The translations under genes and the position numbers were made by a program. From a bacterium (lineage in GTDB: Bacteria; SAR324; NAC60-12): 19,102 bases of DNA. The stretch spans positions 1-19,102 of the forward strand of contig CBDDTI010000535.1 of assembly GCA_965233585.1 (NCBI GenBank), read 5' to 3'. Below are positions 11,826-18,670 of the stretch, in pieces (within the stretch, counting starts at the first letter, position 1; each line of letters starts with the position of its first letter). Under the pieces are notes generated by a model. It had not been told where the DNA came from, searched no databases, and saw nothing but the letters and a program-made list of their open reading frames with translations.

Positions 11826-12124
11826 TTAAGTTTTCGAAACTTTACGAAAAGATCAATGAAACTCTTAGGCGTGCTGAGGAAATGCCTCGGGGAAAGTACA
11901 TCCACCGGCCTCTGCAGGCAATTGAACTGACAAGAAAATGTGAGAGCGATCTGTATAAGTGTTGACAGGCCTACCAAACTTTCACTTTTCCTTTCAGGAA
12001 CAATAGGCTGTGAACGGGCGCTCTAGCCAATTACAGTCAATTATGGGATGAAGAGAAAAAGGGAAGAGAGAGGACAGGAGGGAGGGGTAGGGAAAGTGAG
12101 AGGAGGCGACGCCCCAAACCTCAC

Positions 12125-12182
12125 CCCATTCCCGCCACGTCCAATTCACTCTCAGGCGGTTTCTTCTCAGCCTTCCCGCCAT
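12125..12182 (-). other. Candidate first coding exon of a minus-strand gene (MAGRLRRNRLRVNWTWREW + 1 nt)
   Basis: Strong Kozak context gccATGG at 12182 and donor G|gtgagg at 12124, in a locally GC/CpG-richer patch. Phase 1 matches the 8585-8705 candidate exon. Confidence 0.35.
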
Positions 12183-12733
12183 GGCCAGGCTAAGGGGCAA
12201 AAACTGACCACTCGTAGTTGAAATTTGCAAGCATCTAAGTTCGCATGGAATTCCCCTCTCCTTCTCCTAAGAATAACAACCCCTAACTAAACAAGTGATA
12301 TTTGAAAAAGTCATCACATAAAATGCAGGATGGAAAACCGCAACAGTGACATTGAAAAATTAGATTGCAGCCACTTTCGGAACGGATCGAGGAAAATGGC
12401 AGTCGAGAGAGGTGGCCGTTATGGTAGGAAGCGGTATATTACGACACCTGTTTCTCCCCCCCCCCCCCTTCTCGCACCCCGCCTACCCCACCCCCACCCC
12501 ATTTTTACTGGGCTCGCAAACTGGAGTAAGCAACAATTAACAATATGACTGGAGTTTCACTTTACAGCGGGGTATAAAAACACTCGAAATCAAGCTAAAC
12601 AAACACGAAACTTTAACTGACATAATGTATACCCGAGGGAGTAAGTTAGGAGACGTAACTAATCCTTCGTAAGAAAAACGATGGCAAATGTATTATGGAT
12701 AAATGTATCAAGCGTGTTGTTGAAGTTATAATG

Positions 12734-12747
12734 GTTGCCATAGCAAC
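12734..12747. promoter_or_regulatory. RFX X-box-like palindrome GTTGCCATAGCAAC
   Basis: Matches the X-box consensus GTTNCCATRGNAAC. Lies about 550 bp upstream of the candidate minus-strand ATG. The same motif also occurs inside Kolobok-like MITEs, so function here is unproven. Confidence 0.35.
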
Positions 12748-12932
12748 GGTTACCTGCGCGTGTATGATCATTTTCCATCATATTGTGCTACTTTATGAGC
12801 CCATTTGTAGTTCAAGAGAACAAACACAATTTACATATCTTCTAATATCGGCAAGACCACAATGACAAACCAATGTAAGAGGGTGCCGGATCTTTGGAGA
12901 CCTGGATCAGTTAAAATCAAAAGATGCTATGC

Positions 12933-13271
12933 AAAAAACGGTAGACTGATCCCCACGGCGAAGAGAGGAGAAGAAATAAAACAGCAGTGACGTGAAATTA
13001 AAACAAGTACAATACATTTGCCCGATATTTCGGTTTGAAATACAAACCTTCCGCGTAAAAGAAAATGAATCATGAAAAATGAAAATTCATCCTTGATGAC
13101 CTAGCAGGCTTTATTTACACGCAATTTCCAATAAATGTTTCTTTTAGCCCCCGTAGAAGGTTTATATATTTCAAACCGAAATATCGGGCAAATATATTGT
13201 ACTTGTTTTAATTTTACTGCTGTTTTATTTCTTTTCCCCTCTTCGCCGTGAGAATCAGTCTACCGCTTTTT
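12933..13271. repeat. Long inverted repeat (about 120-bp arms, 96-bp spacer), possibly paired ends of a Penelope-like retroelement
   Basis: 12933-13055 is the reverse complement of 13152-13271 at roughly 85-90% identity (shared core gcccgatatttcggtttgaaata). A 53-bp direct repeat (13082-13134 and 13293-13345) brackets the right arm. Confidence 0.8.
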
Positions 13272-13596
13272 ATACAATTTACATACCTTCTCAAAATTCA
13301 TCCTTGATGACCTAACAGGCATGATTTACACGCAATTTCCAATAAGTAATGAAGTAATCGCTTGATCGGCTGATAATCATTTGTTGTGGTTTCTTTTTAA
13401 TTTTTAGGTCTGTCAGTTGCCGCAGTGGTTTTCTGAAGCTCTCTAATAATAACCCGATTCCTTCTTCCTCTACAAAGTGAAATATTCACCCAAGTTTATT
13501 CATTGACGTGTCATGTTATCCTTAGAAGTTGTTTGTAGTGATCACGTGATTGTCGTCTGCAGAAGAGATTCCCCCGTATTAAACTTACTTTTCGTT

Positions 13597-13855
13597 AGTA
13601 GTCTATGAGGGTCAGAATTAAGCCCCGTTGGTGTATAGGTATAGGTATAGGTATAGGTATAGGTATAGGTATAGGTAAGTCATTAATATTCAAACTGTCT
13701 AGGTAAAAATGGGTTCCTCCATACTAATGAAGTGTCTAGGTTTACTAATCAGCAACGCTCTAGAACAATAAAAACAATAAACTTGCCTGGGCTCGCCCGC
13801 TAATAGTTAACCCTGATTGGCTCAGGTAGAATCTGTTATGTGTTTAAAATAAAAG
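13597..13855 (+). repeat. Left terminal inverted repeat of the Maverick element
   Basis: The outer part 13597-13741 matches the reverse complement of 18309-18447 with 2 substitutions and one extra TATAGG unit (7 copies, 13634-13675). The inner part 13742-13855 matches 18140-18253 at about 86% (16/114 mismatches, hand count). Confidence 0.95.
13813..13855 (+). promoter_or_regulatory. Putative TIR-embedded inward promoter (inverted CCAAT box plus TATA-like TTTAAAATAAAAG)
   Basis: CTGATTGG at 13813-13820 and TTTAAAATAAAAG at 13843-13855, about 85 bp upstream of the ATG at 13941. Both motifs are invariant in the diverged mirror copy. Confidence 0.5.
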
Positions 13856-13940
13856 AGCACTTTCTCTTGGTAGCGTCACTATTGCAATTCGTTTGCTGGG
13901 AAAATTTATCTCCGATTTTTCGAAACTTTTAATCGTGAAA

Positions 13941-15239
13941 ATGGCTTACACTAGTATCGATGATTTTCAAACTGCTTTGAACGCTTGCGTATCAGTCCGT
14001 GATTGGGAAACGTTGACGGAATCGATCCAAATTCCTGAAGTGATGGTACCAATGGCTTATGCGAGGTTGACCGAGTTGACTCTCGAAGAAATTGAGGTGA
14101 GTTTCATAATCATTGGTTTGTTAGCGCCTTTCACTCCATATAATATTGTTTCTCTTCTCTGATGTTTCATCTCTTTTTTTAATAGCTTGGTGAGAACCAG
14201 GAATCCACGGATGTGACTACACACCTTGACAATCACTTGTCGGCAGATACGGTAAGTTCAATGTGTTTAAACTTTGGTGTTAAAAACTTTTCACTGATCT
14301 CCAGCGCACTAATGTTAATAACTTTCTCTTCTTCCCGTAGATGGGAGCTAATGAGGGCACTATCAGCGCGTTTGATCAACTGATGAATGAATATTCTCAG
14401 CGCGAAGTACTTGTAAGTATTGTTAAAATATTTTATGCCTTTCATTTGATTCCTAAACCGTTGGATGAAGTTTTGAATGTTCAACAAGTGTTCAGTTCTC
14501 TCTTTAAACAAAACTTTCTCTTCTAATGTAGACATCAAACAACGAGGCACCACCTGAAATTGATATCGTGGAAGCTGATCTGGATTTAAGTAATTCGGTA
14601 AGTTAAATTTGGGTTTGTTTAACATATTTTTTAGTATGACTGATTATTGATAACAGATTCTGAACGGTTGCTTTAACACGCACTGTTGAGCAAGTGTAAT
14701 TATGCGTGTTACTTTGAATTTAATTTGCATCAAAACACTCCGTTTACAACACAATGAAATAAAAGCGATGTGTGAATAAGTCTATTTACTTTCAACCATG
14801 TAAATAATCGGAATAAGCAAACTTAATCGAAATATCTTTTGCTTTACAGTTTACGAATACCGATCTGCGAGAAATTGAGGACATGGAACGCCTGGCGCTG
14901 GAAAATGTAAGTCACCTTTCATTTATTCAAGAACCCCGAGGCCAAAACAAAGCTTGGATAAAAGGAGGCAGAATTCAAGAAGGATATTCACGACTCCGAG
15001 AGTTGTTAATACACCAGCAAAAAGAATTTGAGAGGAAGAGGGCTGAAATTCGGGAAAGAGAGGAAAAAAGAAAGAGAACGTATGCTGAACGACAAGAGAG
15101 GGAACGACGGTATTCTGAAAAACTGAGAAATGGAACTCTTGAAGAACGGGAAAGAGAACGTGTATATCAGGAAGAATTAAAGAGAAATGGAGGATGGATC
15201 ACTGATAGCATGGAAAGACGGCGGTGGGGATTTGAGTGA
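13941..15239 (+). CDS. Spliced orphan gene of the Maverick element; exons 13941-14096, 14186-14251, 14341-14412, 14532-14597, 14850-15239; about 249 aa, acidic N-terminal half and charged coiled-coil-like C-terminus
   Basis: Start aaaATGG. Four GT-AG introns (89, 89, 119, 252 nt), all with GTGAGT/GTAAGT donors and pyrimidine-rich acceptors, all phase 0. Joining gives an uninterrupted frame that enters ORF 14883-15239 in frame. AATAAA at 15348-15353. Confidence 0.75.
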
Positions 15240-15919
15240 GATATTACCCGACTGGTTTATGAAAATATCTGTTAAGTTTTTATCTGAACTCTCAGCTTTG
15301 CTGAAAAGAGAGAAGTTCGGAGCGCTAATTAATTGTCAACGCACGACAATAAATATTTTTGAACAACACGTTTCTTAAATATTACATTTATTAGCGAAAT
15401 TATTCAAATACACAGAGATTTGAAATCAATTAAAAACACATTTATTGGCAACGAAAGCTCCAACAACTATGAAGTGTTTAACACAAAGTTAATCAGGAAA
15501 TTAGGACGCAATGAACAATTAAACTGAAGTCCCCTTAACAAAGAAATAAACTCCAATAGAACAACACACTAGATATCCCGAAACGCAGTGTTTTAAAAGG
15601 TTGGTTTTAGCACGCTTCCATTAGACATTTAAAGTTTTCGGTTTTTAGAGTTCTTGTATATAGTTTTTTTCTTGTTTGTAAATAGTTGTATATACCCTTT
15701 CACAGATGTTTGTACATAGGAAGATTGTAAATAAATCATTGGCAGAATTGAATGATGACTTGTTTTCTGTTTAGCCACGCTCGTGACTTACACGCGCGCC
15801 CAGGGAAAACACAGCGCTATAATGTGGCATTTTTGGCGTTTATGGCTGTCGTTGTGTGTTAAATTATCGATAAATGTCGTGTCATAAACAGTTTCAGCAA
15901 ATTTTAACCTTTTATGCGA

Positions 15920-16022
15920 AGGTCAAAAAGGACACAACACAGGACAAAAAGGCCACAACACAGGCCAAAAAGGACTTTTGAGAGTCAAAAGGGACAAAAC
16001 GAGGCCAATCAGGACAAAAGGG
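15920..16022. repeat. Short degenerate tandem repeats (agg[a/c]caaaa and agg[a/c]cacaacac) inside the element
   Basis: aggtcaaaaaggacacaacacaggacaaaaaggccacaacacaggccaaaaaggac...gggacaaaacgaggccaatcaggacaaaaggg. Confidence 0.6.
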
Positions 16023-16176
16023 CAGAGAGGGCACCTATTTTGGCTCTTTCTTTTCTGGAAGATCTCTCGCGCGTGCAGTCTTGCGAGGGGCTACCGCGCA
16101 TCGTTTCAGATTTCTATGGATTATGAACCTTTCACGAAATGAATGACTGATTTGCTTTCGCTTTCATGTCTTTTAT

Positions 16177-16740
16177 TTATATATCCAGGAGACTTGCGTG
16201 TTTCTTAACACTCCTTAAAACACTTTGCTGGTTTTCTTCCTGACCTAGTTTCAGTAAATTATCTGTTACGAGCTTTCTCAGTTTTTCACCTATTTTATGA
16301 TCATTATCAACATCACGGAGATACTTAAAAGGTTGAATAAAGCTCTCCATCGACTTTCCTCTAGCTCTCGCGAATAAGAAAAACAAACCGTAGTGCCCAC
16401 AAGTATTAGAATCTGTAGCTTGTAATTGCCCAACATTGGAACTAACATCCTGGTAATGTTTGAAGACCCATGTCACAAAGGGCGAGGGTTTATACCAATG
16501 GAGTGGTAATCCATAACTGTCAAAGACTTTACATCTATCGTTTTCCACAAGTACGCTTAACCAGTGTGAACCGTGTTTATCATGGGTATCCACATTAACA
16601 ATGTAGGCAGATCTTGTTTGGATGTCTTTTTCTTTCGGTAGTTGGTCTGACGCAAACACACCTTTGAAGATAGGTTCGAGATAAGGATCTTGCCTAGCCA
16701 AATAATCCAGTTGTTGCGTAGTTAATGCCACAAACTCCAT
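16177..16740 (-). CDS. Polinton/adenovirus-type cysteine protease (adenain-like, peptidase C5-like), 187 aa
   Basis: F.GVF.SD.LP, IVN.D....GSHW (His59), FDSYG (Asp74), Q.Q (Gln107) and TCGHY (Cys114): catalytic triad and oxyanion Gln intact. An AATAAA overlaps the stop codon (16172-16177). Confidence 0.92.
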   Translation of the reverse strand: MEFVALTTQQLDYLARQDPYLEPIFKGVFASDQLPKEKDIQTRSAYIVNVDTHDKHGSHWLSVLVENDRCKVFDSYGLPLHWYKPSPFVTWVFKHYQDVSSNVGQLQATDSNTCGHYGLFFLFARARGKSMESFIQPFKYLRDVDNDHKIGEKLRKLVTDNLLKLGQEENQQSVLRSVKKHASLLDI

Positions 16741-16745
16741 ATTTA

Positions 16746-16862
16746 CTACTTGTCGTAAATCACAGCTCCGTTTAGGTCAATTTCTAGGGTGGTTTGGAAC
16801 TCACCTTAGAGAAGGACGTTGTTAATGTGCCCTGGAGCCTCACTAAACTTGAATTTAAACCT
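16746..16862 (-). pseudogene. C-terminal remnant of a Polinton major capsid protein (PY/hexon-like)
   Basis: Hand translation gives RFKFKFSEAPGHINNVLL*GEFQTTLEIDLNGAVIYDK*, which resembles the Polinton MCP C-terminal pattern (..F....VY.EF...LEID....V..D). In-frame TAA at 16806-16808 where Tyr is expected. Ends 5 nt before the protease ATG. Confidence 0.7.
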
Positions 16863-17107
16863 TCAATTTCTCGACATGCGCACAACTTACTAATGTTAAC
16901 TGTGCACAATCTCATTTATAGAAAAAAATGCTTTTGGGTTCAGTCTCTTTGTGATATACGCGAACCATATTGGTGTTGTAGTTTCACCAGTTTGAAATAG
17001 ATTTAAAATGTACTTCACATGTCAAGAACATAAAACATGCTTTCAATAGCAAGTTTAAAACCCTTTTCTTGGATAGTAATTCATATTAAGAGCTAGAATA
17101 CATATAG

Positions 17108-17195
17108 AAGGAGGAGGAGGAGGGGAAAACAATAGAATTGAGGAGGAGGAGGTGGTGGTGGTGGCGGTGGAAAACAATAGAATTGTGGTGGTGGC
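17108..17195. repeat. (GGA)n/(GGT)n microsatellite with a duplicated GGAAAACAATAGAATTG motif
   Basis: Two copies of ggaaaacaatagaattg separated and flanked by gga/ggt triplet runs. Confidence 0.75.
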
Positions 17196-17440
17196 GTTTT
17201 TTGGTGTTTTAGGCTGTCGTTTTGGGTTAAATTAACGATAAATTCCATGTCATAAACAGTTTTTCAGTTGTAATTCAGTTGTTATCAACTTCTATGGATT
17301 ATTAACCTGTTCATAATTTATCAGACTAAATGTTTCATTATTATTTTCATTTATTTATTCGAACTTGCCTTGCTAGTCAAGACGTTAACCAACTTTAATA
17401 TCATTTGTCCCAAAAATTGCAGGACGTGGAAACTAATTAT

Positions 17441-18064
17441 TTACTTGACATAAGTTTGAAACCATAACCAAAACGCCTGACACTCGGCCATGGGACAATG
17501 GTGAATATTATCATTTAAGTGAAAACCACAACTCGCTAATGGTTCTACAATCGTTTGCTTTAACTGTTCGTATTTGGGGCAACCCCAAGTTTCTAAATCG
17601 AGACAAGGAATGTTCAATTTGTTTAACAAGTCTTTTTCAACATGGCCCCCTTTGTAGGCTACCACAGTTCTTTTCTCCGTCTTGAATTGGTTGTATAATC
17701 TCAGTAAGACAATATCTACTTCATCATACTCATATGCTCTCTCTTGGTAACGGGGTTGATAAGTGAGTCCGTGTATGTTATGTTTTGCAAAGTTCATTGT
17801 CTTTTTATCCTTATGAGACAAGTTTTTCAGTGTTGCTGGCTGGAAGAAAGCATGGCGGTCAAAGTGTTCATCCCAAGAGTAATAACCCATTTCACGCACT
17901 TGAAATTTCTTTTTCACAAAGAATCCCTCCAAGTCTATGACTAAACATACGCTGTTCTTGATTCTCAAATCCACCGCAGCATCAGTTTCTTGAAACACAC
18001 TAATTGTGTCCTCATTAGCTTCATCCACGGTGAATGTAGGTTTAGATGTTGATTCGACTTGCAT
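17441..18064 (-). CDS. DnaQ/DEDD-superfamily exonuclease-like protein with Maelstrom-like Cys/His motif, 207 aa
   Basis: ExoI-like CLVIDLEGF (D44, E46); E58; HNIHGL (H95, H98); ExoII-like VVAYKGGHVE (E143); C179-x2-H182; ExoIII-like HCPMAE (H189, C190, E194). Start context ccaaacATG. Family assignment is from motif recognition only. Confidence 0.7.
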   Translation of the reverse strand: MQVESTSKPTFTVDEANEDTISVFQETDAAVDLRIKNSVCLVIDLEGFFVKKKFQVREMGYYSWDEHFDRHAFFQPATLKNLSHKDKKTMNFAKHNIHGLTYQPRYQERAYEYDEVDIVLLRLYNQFKTEKRTVVAYKGGHVEKDLLNKLNIPCLDLETWGCPKYEQLKQTIVEPLASCGFHLNDNIHHCPMAECQAFWLWFQTYVK

Positions 18065-18139
18065 GTTTGGAAGCTATCCGCTCAAAAATATTAGTTACTG
18101 GAGTTTGTGACAAGAATAAAATGCTAAACGGAGAGCGCG

Positions 18140-18447
18140 CTTTTATTTTAAACACATAATAGATTTCTCATGAGCCAATCAGGGTTAATTATTAACTGGC
18201 AAGTTTAGGCAAGTTTATTGTTTGTATTGTTCTAGAGCGACGCTTATTAGTAAACCTATACCGAATTAGTATGCAGGAAATCCACATTATTATGCAGGAA
18301 CGCATTTTACCTAGACACTTCATTAGTATGGAGGAACGCATTTCTACCTAGACAGTTTGAATATTAATGACTTACCTATACCTATACCTATACCTATACC
18401 TATACCTATACACCAACGGGGCTTAATTCTGACCCTCATAGACTACT
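18140..18447 (-). repeat. Right terminal inverted repeat of the Maverick element, including the mirror CCAAT/TATA-like motifs at 18140-18182
   Basis: (CCTATA)x6 at 18375-18410. Carries 55 extra bp between ACCTA at 18254-18258 and ACCTA at 18309-18313 relative to the left TIR. Ends GACTACT. Confidence 0.95.
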
Positions 18448-18670
18448 TTCGTTTTTAGTGATTAGGTAATAAACAAGCATGGAGGGATTCCACCGGATGA
18501 GCTTGTATCATCACTTAGTCTTTCTATAGCTTTTCCCGTATTCCGTTTTGACCGATTACAATGAGATGGGGTGTTTATAAAGGTGCTGGACTGTCGGTTC
18601 TTACTTATTATTCCAGATATTTCTCAGCTGGGTCCATTTATATTTCAGACTACCCGTAACGTGAGCTTAA

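Larger units (their letters stand above)
13597..18447. mobile_element. Non-autonomous Maverick/Polinton (adintovirus-like) element, 4,851 bp, both ends intact
   Basis: Starts AGTAGT (13597) and ends ACTACT (18447). Perfect 6-bp TSD TTCGTT (13591-13596 and 18448-18453). TIRs of about 260 and 310 bp. Encodes an adenain-like protease and a major capsid protein remnant. No pPolB, integrase or ATPase ORF visible. Confidence 0.95.

Noticed and set aside
13634..13675. (TATAGG)n, and the 443-530 repeat, as a CRISPR array or true telomere
   Set aside because: There are no spacers or cas genes and the context is eukaryotic. The unit is not TTAGGG and it lies inside a TIR.
14233..14625. 130-aa minus-strand ORF inside the Maverick
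   Set aside because: It is antisense to the better-supported spliced plus-strand gene, spans its AT-rich introns and has no motifs.
15914..16126. Basic 70-aa ORF (MRRSKRTQHRTKRPQHRPKR...) as a protamine-like or core protein
   Set aside because: The basic composition follows from the short A/G-rich tandem repeats, and it is opposite in orientation to the neighbouring protease. It cannot be fully excluded without conservation data.
13597..18447. An autonomous Polinton or complete endogenous virus
   Set aside because: No pPolB, integrase, packaging ATPase, minor capsid or intact major capsid ORF is present, and the element is far too short.
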